Shown: one piece after another, positions 51,626 through 64,000 of the stretch
Position numbering within the stretch: position 1 is the first letter of the stretch
Layout of the letters: each line of letters opens with the position of its first letter
Assembly: GCF_037042905.1 (NCBI RefSeq)
Contig: NC_087245.1
Coordinates: 33,606,001 to 33,670,000, forward strand
Length of the DNA stretch: 64,000 nt
Reading direction: 5' to 3'
DNA from: Lytechinus pictus
Lineage: Eukaryota
Translations under genes and position numbers: made by a program
The notes under the pieces: generated by a model
What the model was told of the DNA's origin: nothing
Database searches by the model: none
The model's input: only the letters and a program-made list of their open reading frames with translations

Positions 51626-51950
51626 GTATTTCCAGAATTGTTTCACATACTTTGAAGTTGATGAAAATAAGCTGCTGATACTTTATGTAAACTAATTTGA
51701 AATTTTGATTTAATGCATATCTATTTATGTAAAACGCCTTTGCACATACCTCATTATATTGCTATTACGTAGGGACACAATACATCGCGTAATTTCATCA
51801 TTAAATGAAAATTATTTTTTATTGAAAGAGAAAGTGGCAATCTATTCTCACAAAAAACAACACATTAGAGATATTTACAAGATGGAGGTTAAGTGTGACT
51901 CTGAACCCTTAATGCGCTAGCGTGCTTTATTTGGTACCTTTTTCATTTAG

Positions 51951-52262
51951 AACTAGTGCGACTGGTTGATGGAAGTGCCTCAAACGAAGGAAGAGTTGAG
52001 GTCTACGCCGACGGAGGATGGGGTACTGTGTGTGATGATTCGTGGGATGATACAGATGCTACAGTTGTTTGTCAAAGTCTCGGCTTTGGGTCTGGAACAG
52101 CACACTCTAACGCTTACTTCGGAGAAGGCTCAGGTGATATCCTGCTCGATGATGTATCTTGTGATGGAGATGAAACTTCTCTTCTGGAATGTTCTAATTC
52201 TGGAATCGGCATTAATAACTGTGTACATGCCGAGGATGCGGGAGTCACTTGTTCATTAGCAG
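51951..52262 (+). CDS. SRCR domain exon 5
   Basis: 312 nt, phase 1-1, 637-bp period. Confidence 0.95.
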
Positions 52263-52541
52263 GTATTTCCAGAATTGTTTCACATACTTTGAAGTTGATG
52301 AAAATAAGCTGCTGATACTTTATGTAAACTAATTTGAAATTTCGATATAATGCATATCTATTTATGTAAAACGCCTTTGCACATACCTCATTATATTGCT
52401 ATTACGTAGGGACACAATACATCGCGTAATTTCATCATTAAATGAAAATTATTTTTTATTGAAAGAGAAAGTGGCAATCTATTCTCACAAAAAACAACAC
52501 ATTAGAGATATTTACAAGATGGAGGTTAAGTGTGACTCTGA

Positions 52542-52907
<366 letters not shown>

Positions 52908-55900
52908 TGAATTAATTTCAAATTAATTCATTTATTTATTACTTTCATTAAAATCAAACATTTTTAAGACCCAATATCATAGACAAGATATAATATACAA
53001 ATCATTGTGACATTGAAAGTAAGCAATTGATCAAAGACAATGAAGAATAAACTTTTACTCGGACAGAAATGAAAGTATAAGGAGTGGCATGAAGGCTCAG
53101 CCTTATATAAAGCCAAGCTCCAGATGTATGAATTCTATCATGCATCACCGATTTAGATAAGATTTAAAAGGTACACGTATACATACAACGCCTATTTAAC
53201 ATTTTGGACACACACACCCCCTCAACCCACCCCCACTCACACACACATCTCATATACAGTGGCAATTATAATGTATACATATGTATTTATAATGTATTAT
53301 ATTAATGTGCAGTATGCTTCATGGTAAATCTTTACTAGATACACGATTGGTCCTCAAAAGGACTACCCCAAAACTTGACGGTTTGACAAACCGTCTTCAG
53401 TCGGCAAGCAGAGGCGTAAACAGTAGTTGAAAAAAATGTACTGCATTATTTTGTAGTTAGGTGGTTAATAATAATTAATAGATAGATAAATAAATAAGTA
53501 ATAAATATGTTGTATTGTCATCATCATGCCCCTATAGGCCTAATCATTAATTATTGTTGTTGTTATAGTTCATTAAGTGACTGGATATAATCGTAATACT
53601 ACTCATATTGTATTTCATGCGATTAACGGTTCTGTTTCAAAATACAATATTTATCTTATTAAAAAATACACTCCTGTTAGGTCCTTACTTTCGTCCAGTT
53701 CTCGTTCGCCATACGTCGTTCCCAAATCTAAAGAAGGCATGGTAGTTCTATGCGGGCCTTTTCTCACACTGGCCCTGTATGATGATTTTCCTCTGGTTAA
53801 TACAGTACAGGGATGTAATAAAAAAAAATTATAGAAAAAAACCCCGAATAAAACTTTTAAAGACTGTTTTTAAACGGTTTAAATCGTTTAACTAAACGTA
53901 TTTCCCCCATATATGCAATTTTCTGTAAGTCAATTAAACTATAGAGTATGATTTAATCTCTTGGTGTGTTTGATACATTTTTGGAGCAATTAAGAGATGA
54001 CTACAATTTTTTTTTTTACTGAACTTCCAATAGAACAGTTAATATTTCCCCAAAATTACTAAATCACGGAAATTGCATACATAAAAACACACCAAAGTAT
54101 GTTGACATTCTAAAAGTTCAATCCTCATACATGTAAATGTAGTCCCGGGGTAATTGGTAAATCTAGGGGGGGGGGGGAGGAGAATTTGCACAATGGTAGA
54201 AAATGACATAATCCATGGGGTCTTAAAGCTTGATTTTATTAAATCAACATGCTTTATTTCATTTGAATTAATTACGCAAATTTTAGTGCATGAAATAGAA
54301 AGTTAGGTTTGAATCTATAAATAAAGCCTTTGATCTGATCAAATGCATATTAGAAAAAAAATCAGTTAAAAAAAAATGTTATGTAAATGTTTTTTTAACT
54401 TTTTAAATATTTTTTTATGTACGTATTTTTTCTGTACTTTTTATGTTTTATTATTGTTCAACGGAATTATTGTCAACAATTTTCCAATCATTAACAAAAA
54501 GTACAAAATAATGATACAAATACAAGTTTTTACAAGTTTTTGAGCAATTCAGGGTCTGTCATGCACTTGTGTAATATCATGACCGCATATCCATGCATGC
54601 ATCCCAAATATAGTCTTGAGCGATATAATGTCGTGTTATATGGATTTACCACAGAAAATTTTTAGGGGCCCATTAAGGTACCCTGGTATTGTTAGGGTTA
54701 AGGTCTGCTAGCTGATTATGTTGTACTGTTTAAAGTACTTTTCTTCATCTTTACGAAGTGCAAAGTTTCACCTGCTTTCATGTGTACCTCAAGAGTACGA
54801 TGTCAGTTTTACAGAGTCTATTTGTAAAATATTATGATGCTTTGTGCAACACTTCCATTTAATTCAAGTATAATGGGGGGACCTAAAGCTACGCACTTTG
54901 TTTTCAAACAATAAAAACTATCCCAAATTTATATTTCAACAAATTATCTTTCACTAATTTGTGGCAAACATTCTTCAGATCATTAACCAAGAATAAAATA
55001 TTGCAAAACTCACTAATACGAAAATCCCGCCGTGTTTTCCGAACACCTCTTGATTTCGCCGCCCGATGTAGAAGAGGTCCTAAAGCTACGCACTCGATTT
55101 ATCATGCAAAAAAATAGTATTTCCTGTGCCTCATTTTCTAAAATATATTCATACTACTATTACATGTATTTTGAGCTGATTTTTAATAGTGTTTCTTTCC
55201 CTGTCCCCAAAGTAAGCAGAACATTCAGATATGCTTGTTAAAATGAGAATATTCTTATGGATTGATGTGCGCTATTGAACACGGAGGAAAGGAACATGAC
55301 GAAGCAATGGAGAAGGGGAGAATAAAGAGGGTAGGAGAAAGGGGAGAAAAGGGAGTGTTGTTGAGAAAGAGTTTCAGTTAGTTAGAAGAAAATAATACAC
55401 CACTTAAAAGTATATTTAAAAAGTATTTAAAAAATTCATCTAAAATCACATCCATGCAAATTTACAACGAACAAGCCTGTGCGGTGTTTTAAAAACACGT
55501 TTAAAAAAACGAATGTTTTAAAACGCGCTTTAGAATACGTCTTAAAACGTATTTTAAAATACGTTTTAAAACACACCATTCAAACGTGCCAACCCTGATA
55601 GAGAATGCACTTCGGTTGACATATTATACTCTGTCTCTCCTCTCTTTCTTACTCTGTCTCTCATCTGGAGCTGAAAGTAAAATTAAACAATGGGAAATAT
55701 AATGAACTACATAGAGCAACATTGTAGGTTTTATTCATCGCTTCACAACTGAGTTTTTTGCCTGCTTGCTTGAGAGAAAAAAAAAATCAAATTACGGCTT
55801 AAGACAATTGGCTTTTATATTATCGGGATCATTAACGGCTTGAATTACGTGACGTCACTGTATCAGGAGGATTGAACGTAGAAAAAGTTTATATACATAA

Positions 55901-56585
55901 TCTCCAGATTAAGAATTCGTTTTTTATTTTTATTTTAGAAGAAAATGGCACTGACCATTATTCAGTGCTCGAAGCCTGCACTTCTATTCATTGGGTGTTT
56001 GGTCTTTTCTCTGTTAGGCTCTTATTGGGTCTAAATCGCTTTGTCAGGAAGAGTTTGTTGCGTATAATCTAAATGCAGATAAAATTGGACAGCTACACCA
56101 AATAAAGAGGAAAGGAAGTATGGTACAAATTAGTGCAAAGCTGTAAATTTCTTCAATTCAAGCTTGCTGGAAAAGAAATTTATGATGTCTCTTTGTGTGA
56201 TAGTGAAGAAAATAAAATGCGTATTCTGAAAAACAGTGAAAATCACCTCGTTTTTCTATGTACAATCCTATGGAATCAGAACGCTTTTAACACATGACGT
56301 CAAGGTCGGTGAAGAGCAATAATAAAGCCTATTTTCGAAGTACTCAGCCTGTAAGCGGTGAAAATGCACCAAGCTTGCATCGATGTGTTTATTATTTTAG
56401 CTTTCGATTGGTATACGATTTGTCAATATCATGGATAAGCGTGACCTAAAAATGCCAAGAAATTTCTTCCTACTCTAAATTGTTGATTACTCTTCAAGTT
56501 CTTTAATTTTTCATTGCATAATGTATACTTCCTTTTATCTATCACCCCGTCTCTCTTCCTTTTTTCATCGCGATTTGACACTCTA

Positions 56586-56751
56586 CACTGTAAAAAATGA
56601 AGTGCTAATTTAGCACTTAAAGTGCTTGTATAGTGACTGCACTTCGAGTGCTGATTTTCTAGTTTAAATTTGAACTAGAAAATCAGCACTGGTAGTGCAG
56701 TCACTATACAAGCACTGCAAGTGCTAAATTAGCACTTCATTTTTTACAGTG
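56586..56751. mobile_element. Fully palindromic CACTG (EnSpm-like) MITE, TA TSD
   Basis: cactgtaaaaaatgaagtgcta...tagcacttcattttttacagtg. The arms pair almost to the centre. Confidence 0.9.
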
Positions 56752-56925
56752 TATATACAGGGTGGATTTAGCGCAGTATAGATTATAGCTATGATTATTA
56801 TTAGCATTGTTATTATTATTATAATCATTTTCATTTTAGTTGTCATTTCGTCATCCTCAACATCGTCGCCATCATTATCGTTGACTTATTTTGTTTTGTT
56901 CATGCATAATTCATAATCCTGGCAG

Positions 56926-57239
56926 GAACCGAAGTACGTCTGGTTGATGGTTCCTGTTCCGGCGAGGGAAGAGTCGAGGTTTTCTATGACGGGGTCTGGG
57001 GGACTGTTTGTGACGACTTATGGGATGATACTGATGCGACCGTTGTCTGTCAAAGTCTTGGATACACATCAGGAATCGCGGTAGTAGGAATTGCAGGATT
57101 CGGAGAAGGAACTGGGGAGATACTTCTTGATAATGTACAATGTACCTCCACTGATACCGACCTCTTTGACTGCCAGAGCAATGCTATCGGATATCACAAT
57201 TGTTCCCATGCTGAAGATGCGGGAGTGATGTGTTCGTAA
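56926..57239 (+). CDS. SRCR domain exon 7 (divergent, ends in TAA; not in the ORF track)
   Basis: ggcag acceptor, reading GTEVRLVDGSCSGEGRVEVFYDGVWGTVCDDLW...CSHAEDAGVMCS*. Confidence 0.92.
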
Positions 57240-57533
57240 GGAAGGTAAATGCCAGTGACGTATATAATGAACCAAACATTTTTAAGGGCACAGGCATGGC
57301 ATGTGGGATCCCATTTCTAAAACGCTGCGATAAAAAAACTTACCGTTATGACAAAAAAAATCATAATTTTGTGCTAGTTCTTTGGCATAATATTCAAAGA
57401 ATGATACATATTTCACCCCTTTTCATTTCATTTGCTTTCTTTTTCTTCTTTACTTTTTCTTGTTCGTGAACAGTTAAGGGAGTCCACAGACCCAATTCCC
57501 CTATCTGTATATATCATATACGCCAGTTGTTAA

Positions 57534-57965
57534 AGGTCAAGTCCACCCCAGAAAAATGTTGATTTGAATAAATAGAGAAAAATCAAACTAGCAGAATGCT
57601 GAGAATTTCATCAAAACCAGATGTAAAATAAGAAAGTTCTGACATTTTAAAGTTTCGTTTAGTTAGTCTGTGATGTCCCTCACTCACTATTTCTTTTTTT
57701 ATTGTTTAAATTAGACAACATTTCATTTTTTCCAGATTTTACAATATGGACCAATTATACTGATCCAAACAGTATTCAGCAATGCTAACTTCACATGTTC
57801 AGGGAGGAATTAATCATTGTTTCACTTGACAATGAAAATAAATAGTGAATGGATCATGCCATCAGTCTCCTCATTTGCATACCGACCAGCATGTGCATTT
57901 TAATGTTTTATGAAACTAGCGAAATTTTAAAATGTCATAAGTTTCTTATGTACGCGATTTCATTT
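57534..57965. mobile_element. Kolobok-like MITE, right end lost
   Basis: ttaa-aggtcaagtccaccccagaaaaatg, similar to 40679-41263. Confidence 0.6.
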
Positions 57966-59576
57966 GATTTAATATTACGTAAATATTCTTCGTATATGAA
58001 ATTGTACGCATTACCCAAGGTGTCTGAAACATCCATGTTCATAAAATCTTTTTTTTTTCTTTCTTGATATTGCAGATGATTGATGCTGGAAGATCTTGTG
58101 TCTATTGAACTCAAACCAGATTTGTTTGAAATCTTCAAAATTGGTGCCTAGATTTTATCAATTTTAAAATTCTAGAATGTTTCTTTATATTTGTTCTCTT
58201 CCGCATGAACTAGGGCATACAGTAAAACATACGCTTCATATTTACAGGTTTTTAAATCTTTGGTGCACGGTTTGCTGCAGATTTACAGTTAGGCTTATTT
58301 TGATTTGATTGCATCTTGTATAGGCCCCTACAACTAAACCCTAAGCTGGCCATGTATACATTTGATGCATGGTCATTTAACCTATAGGTTCGAATCTTAT
58401 GGCATAATTAACAAGCACCGTAGATCCTTGTAATGAAAAACTATGGAGGTTATCATTGTTATGATGCCCCAAGTAAGTTAGATAATGATTTGATAAATCA
58501 ATCAATAAATATTAATCATTACGTAACAACCACAATGAAATATATACACATTTATGACCAAGTACTTTGCCTTTCCATAATCATCACGTGACGCAAATGA
58601 TAGAATGAAAAATGTCTGTTTTATTAGGTTTAAAGTTTTATCGTTAATCATTTACATAATGTTCATCTTTCCATGTACAAATCAATAATCGTTAACGTTA
58701 TATTCAAGGAGCTATTGACGGTAAATGTGTATAGAAATAATTGAGTGAAATATTACTCAGATGAAATAACTAACGAATTAAAAAATCAATGAATCAAGGT
58801 GGACCTGGGCACAAAGTTTAGTAATTAATCGCTAATTTGAAAGAACAATTTTGATTAATTGTCGTCAGTTAGTCATAATGCAACGAGGATCTTGATATGC
58901 CATTTCATTAAGCGATTCGCTATGTTACGGGGTCCTGATATATAAATTTCCGAATCTTAATATTTGTCTTAATGCTATGAGATCAAATTATTATTCATTT
59001 CGAAAGCTTAGATATATCATTCTTTGTCATTTTATTTCATGGAGATGTGCAATTATGACGTCCAAATTGTAGGCATTTTTTTTTTCTTTGGTCTGACATT
59101 GTTCAGTTAAGGTCATCGTAAAATCTTGAGTTCTTGACTTAATAATTCGCAAAAGTTGTTGGTAAAAATATCATAATTATATTTTCTTTCTTCTGTAAAT
59201 TCGGTGTTACTTTTTTGTTTACCGCGAGTGTTTGTGTGGTATCTTATATAGAGTTGAATAATAAAATAATTGCTAAGTGGAGTATGTCTTATGAACGGGA
59301 ACGAATTTTTATATGACCTTATGGTATCTTTGGGAATAAAATCTGTCTGCATTACATATTTTTTTGTCTATATATATTTTTTTTCTTTATGATCGTATTT
59401 GTTGTCGTTGTCTCATCTGTTTCTTGTGTGATGGATAAAGAAATGCGCTCGTTTAAGTCTGTCAAAAATTCACCCAACCCATGTTAGTGCCCCGCCCCCG
59501 TTCCAAGTTTCTGTCATAAGCTAGTGAAATCTTGTAATTTGATTGGCTGATAGGAAATTGATCATGTAATCACATA

Positions 59577-59887
59577 GGCCCGTATTCTGAAGTCGGGTTT
59601 AACTTAAACTCAGGTTTAAAGTTGTGGTTTAAGTATGGAAAGCCAAAAGTATCAAATTTTTTATTAAGTTGTATGTTTCTTACGTTTACTGTGCTCTTTC
59701 CTGATAAATCGATATTGAAGACAATCATTTATTTATACTTCCTACACAATTATAAATGATTTGAGAGCCGATTGAGCTGAAGTATGATGTCTCTACTGTT
59801 AGTGATTTATGTAGCAATTGGCTGTCCATAGTTAAACCACAACTTTAAACCTGAGTTTAAGTTAAACCCGACTTCAGAATACGGGCC
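59577..59887. mobile_element. Young Harbinger-like MITE with about 70-bp TIRs, TSD ATA
   Basis: ggcccgtattctgaagtcgggtttaacttaaactcaggtttaaagttgtggtttaa is perfectly inverted at the right end. Confidence 0.9.
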
Positions 59888-60715
59888 ATAGAAACAAAAA
59901 CAAATCTGCGAAAGCGGGCCCCGTTTTCTATATAATAGAAATATACTTTTCTTTTCTTGTGACGTGGCAAACTTTTCATAGACAATGACATCCAGTTCGC
60001 TTTACGTCCACAATATCCACGTGTCCGTGCATTCTGTGTGTGGTGTGTGTGTGTGTGTGGGGGGGTGGTTAGAGTGTGTCTGTTCGCGTGTGTGTTTGTG
60101 TATGTGTGAGAGAGAAGGGGGTGAATAGGATGTGTCGACTGTGGTGTGTCCTAGAGAGAAACTGTGAAAGGGAGAGAAATGGATGGAAGAAAAAAGATCG
60201 ATTCGTTTAGAGTAGGATGGAAGGGGAGGGGAGATAGTAATATAAATCAGTTGAAATGATTAGATGAAAAGATCAGCAGGATGCAACTATTACATTGTTC
60301 ATATTTCACTATTTTGATCGGAAAACAGGACATGATTAAGAATGGGGCGATTTAGTCTGATTCTTGAGCAAATATAGTATAAACTGACAAACGAAACAAT
60401 GAAAATTTCCATCGAAATTGGACAAGGAATAACCAGGTTATGGCATTCAAATGTTTCACATTATTTCAGTGAAACAGTTTGGTGCATGTCTCAAAGAAGA
60501 TATGGCTCATCCATGTTAAACTCATCCGACAGTTACCATAGTAACGGTGCTTCTAAATCAATTAAATTCAGGCTAGATAAAGTCACTGGCGTGCTGGTGG
60601 GGGTTACCCCCCCCCCGAAAAAAAAAATAAAAAAAAATATATATATATCACTAAAAAGGCTTTAAAAAATATATTGATTGTACTTTTTCAACATTGCAGA
60701 GCAGCGCAGCACCCC

Positions 60716-60758
<43 letters not shown>

Positions 60759-63289
60759 TGCTCATTATGCCACTGGACATAGCTACATTGTATTTCACTA
60801 AGAGATATCCACAAAGTACAATGATTGAATGAGCTGGGGCGTTATACTTCAGTTAAAATTCCTATGCTCTGATAAAATAATGCCTTGACATCTTCAGCGA
60901 CTATTATGAGAACAATTTTTCAGGCGGATCCTTAATTTTTATAAGAAAAGGTGGGGACGAAATAGTATATCTGTAAACAAAAAATGAAGTCCACCATCAC
61001 TTTGAGTACTTATACTTTACCTCTATACCTCTTTTCTATTGAAGAGGAGGCCACTCACTGAATGGGGAAGGAAAACGAAAGGAAATTAGGGAGGAATGAC
61101 ACCATTTTCATCATCTCCCTTTCATAATTATGGATGAATGAATAAATCCAAGGAAAATCTTGATCTGCAGCTTCATGGAACTATTAAGTAGTTGAAAGTA
61201 AATATATTATATCTTCTTCCTATCAACCAACCTTAGAGAAATATATTGGAAATGTCATTTTGTAACGTTACCAAATCCAAATACTGGCTTAAATTAGATA
61301 ACATGAAAGAAAGAGGCTGACTTTCACTATAGTATATACGAATCCTATATGTGATTATATTTTTTTCTCATTCATACACAATTTATAATTTATTCGTAAA
61401 TCAACTAAACGAACACCTCATCCTTTTAAAGAGAATACAAGTCCTCTTGAAAGAGATGTAGAAATAGGATCATGTACCACAATGTACATTAAGCAAGGCT
61501 TCTCAATGATAGTTTATCACTTCTCCATAATAATTATGAGGAAGGGATTCCGCTGTCCCATCCTCCCATCCAGTGGCATATCCGGCACACCTCGTCAGTG
61601 GGGGGGGGGGGGGGCAAGCGATTTGAACCAGCAAGGGGAGATGTGTGGGTGTGGGAGGGGGTGTCCCAATAACACAGTAGGGATCTTGTTGATATTAATA
61701 TTTGCGATCGGGCGATTGCATATCTTTTGTCTATTTTGATTTAAAAGAAAAAGTTATCATTACAAAAAATGTTAAATTATTGAATTTTGACAAAATCAGT
61801 GGTTAACTTATCACTGGTAATGACAATGTTTCTATTAACGTAACTTACTTCTATTATTCCTCTTTGAAGAAGCTATTGACTTATTATGTTCCCAATTCTG
61901 CATATTTGGAGATGTAAAAAAGTGTATTTGACATTTAATTTAATTGTCATGATTGTATTGATTTGCATTTGTTTCATTTCCATATGCACAGTTATACAAC
62001 TAAAAAAGAATATTCAGAATATGCATCTATATATTCACTCATTGAAAATAAATGTAGTAAAGTGAGAAAGAAATGAAACGGTAAAATGATATATCACTAG
62101 ATATACATGTAGGAGAAATCACTCACTGGGAGGAATGTCAGAAGATTTTTGAGGGAAATGATATTGGAGGAAGATATATAGGGGGACAGAGAGATAGGGT
62201 ACATACAGGGGCGGATCCTACCGGCGGCGAGGGGGGGGGGGGGCGATTCGTGATGAAATATTTAGCGGCGTTCCGTGCTTGCACGGACAGAGAGGAGTCT
62301 GAGGGGGGATGTGCCCTCCTGGAGAAGCTGAAGAAAAATCGAATGTTCAAACTCAATTCGTGCGATTTGGTGTATACTTTTTGCCAGGATATCATTTAAA
62401 TTCTGTGACTTTTTCCAGCATAACATAATGATCAGCCTTGGATTTCTAGGAGGAAAAGACTGTAAAGACAAAAAGCGGAGCGTAAATTGGCGCGGGGTCC
62501 GCCCCGGAAGCTCAGGGGTTTTAACAGGCCAGGGGCGGTGGAGCGTCATTCAAAGGGGGGGGGGGGGGAGCACCAACAATAAAGGGCACCCTCCGGGAAA
62601 AGGGGGAAACCAAAGCGAAAATATACAATTTTTTCGGCATTGGTATATACCCCTACATTGAAGTACATTATCAGGGATTACATTACCGTCTAAACATGGC
62701 TAGAGGCTTGTCAGACATAGCAGCAAGTAATGTATGCAAACTGGATTCCTCCATTATTTAATGGAATGCCTCGTTACTAGGTCCCCAGGAAAGAAACATC
62801 CATGAATTTGAATAAGTTTGTAAACAGGTCTATTGACCCCGACTAAGCCCCGACTAAGCACGCTTTGGCAATGAATATGAAAACGGTGTAAGTAACTTAT
62901 AAATTTCAAGTGGAGGTTTAGCGGAAGAATGAGACCTGCCTATATAGGACTTGATGAGTCCGTGGTTGGGTAACTATGTTTGCGTTGTACAAACGTAGCA
63001 AATATCACAGCAAGAAAATATCACGGATTGTTTTAAACACGTTTCTGAATACAAATCCCATTCTTTGTGTGTTGATAAGGAATGAAAGATATTTAAATAT
63101 CTACCGTTTGACCCAGCACAATTCTCAAACTTTAACCTGACCTGACTTTCAATTTGTGACTTCGATTCTAAAAACAAAACAGAACGTTATCTGAGGAACC
63201 TCCACAAACCCTTCATAAACGAACTTTATGATAAAGTATGTATATCAAATTAAATTAAAAAAAAATAAACTTTAGCAGTAATTTCACCT

Positions 63290-63698
63290 GGTAATTATCG
63301 GTAGAGGGGGGCGGGTTGTCCTCGGGGGTGGTTGTCCATGGAGGGGGCGGGGATTTTCCTGGGGGGGGGGGGGCTAATCTACCAGGGGGTCATTATCCTG
63401 TGGGTATTTTTCTAAGGGGGGGGGGTAACTGCCCTGGGGGTGGTTGTTCATGGGGTAGGAGGAATTTCCCAGGGGGTAATTGTCCTTGAGTGTAGTTTTC
63501 CTGGTCGGTGTTGTTGTCCATGGGGGGAGTTGTTGTCCATGGAGGGGGGGGGTAAATGTCATCGGGGGTGGTTGTCCATTGTGGGGGGGGGGGCGGTTAA
63601 TTTTCCGGGGCCAATATCTTCCAGGGGGTAATTGTTCTTGTGGGGGGGGGGGTAATTTGTCGGGGGTGATTGTCCAGGGGGTAATTGTCCTCGAATCC
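63290..63698. repeat. G-rich degenerate minisatellite (gggggtaattgtcc)n, probably a MITE interior
   Basis: About 20 G-run units ending gtcctcgaatcc. Confidence 0.8.
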
Positions 63699-63780
63699 TT
63701 TTTTTTATGTATAGGAATATGGAACAAAAATATACTGTAACTTTGTACATGTATTTTGTGTGCACTCTTTTGTGCAAAAA

Positions 63781-64000
63781 GTCGAGAAGACGAGATTTGA
63801 AATCTCGCTTTCTCACCTTCACATACCCGAGAAGTCGAGAAGACGAGATTCGGAGTCTCGCTTTCTCATCTTCACATACCCGAGAAGTCGAGAAGACGAG
63901 ATTTAGAATCTCGCTTTCTCACCTTCTCATACCCTAGAAGTCGAGAAGACGAGATTCGGAATCTCGCTTTCTCACCTTCACATACCCGAGAAGACGGGAA
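63781..64000. repeat. 53-bp tandem repeat with an internal hairpin, running to the window end
   Basis: Units start at 63781, 63834, 63887 and 63940: gtcgagaagacgagattNNNaatctcgctttctcaccttcacatacccgagaa. Confidence 0.92.

Noticed and set aside
53365..53410. Minus-strand CTGAAGA followed by the hairpin gacggttt-gtc-aaaccgtc, as a second hammerhead
   Set aside because: The required GAAA box is absent (gtcaag follows), so at most this is a decayed or unrelated hairpin.

Overview
AT-rich, repeat-dense animal genomic DNA, most likely echinoderm/sea urchin (inferred from the SRCR gene type and the repeat landscape). There are two spliced host genes on the + strand. (1) A VPS9-domain (Rab5-family GEF-like) gene at about 6.3-11.8 kb; two upstream phase-compatible exons each carry an in-frame TAA. 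(2) An apparently secreted 7xSRCR gene, with a signal-peptide exon at 37553 and SRCR exons at 48578-57239, including a recently amplified 637-bp exon+intron unit. Most of the rest is transposon-derived. A nest of about 15 kb (20.9-35.8 kb) holds two TGT...ACA foldback elements with minisatellite/satellite arms, a full-length but frameshifted Mag-type Gypsy LTR element and an RNase H LINE fragment. Elsewhere are three Helentron/HINE-like elements with 160-bp internal repeats, L2/CR1 fragments, tRNA-derived SINEs, many MITEs with readable TSDs and a Penelope-type minimal hammerhead motif. The most unusual signal is three closely spaced, sequence-unrelated long hairpins (43.4-44.7 kb) that share strand-specific tandem G.A mismatches. 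A similar GA/GAA/GA mini-hairpin recurs periodically in a neighbouring element. All calls are by eye; family assignments are inferences, not database results.
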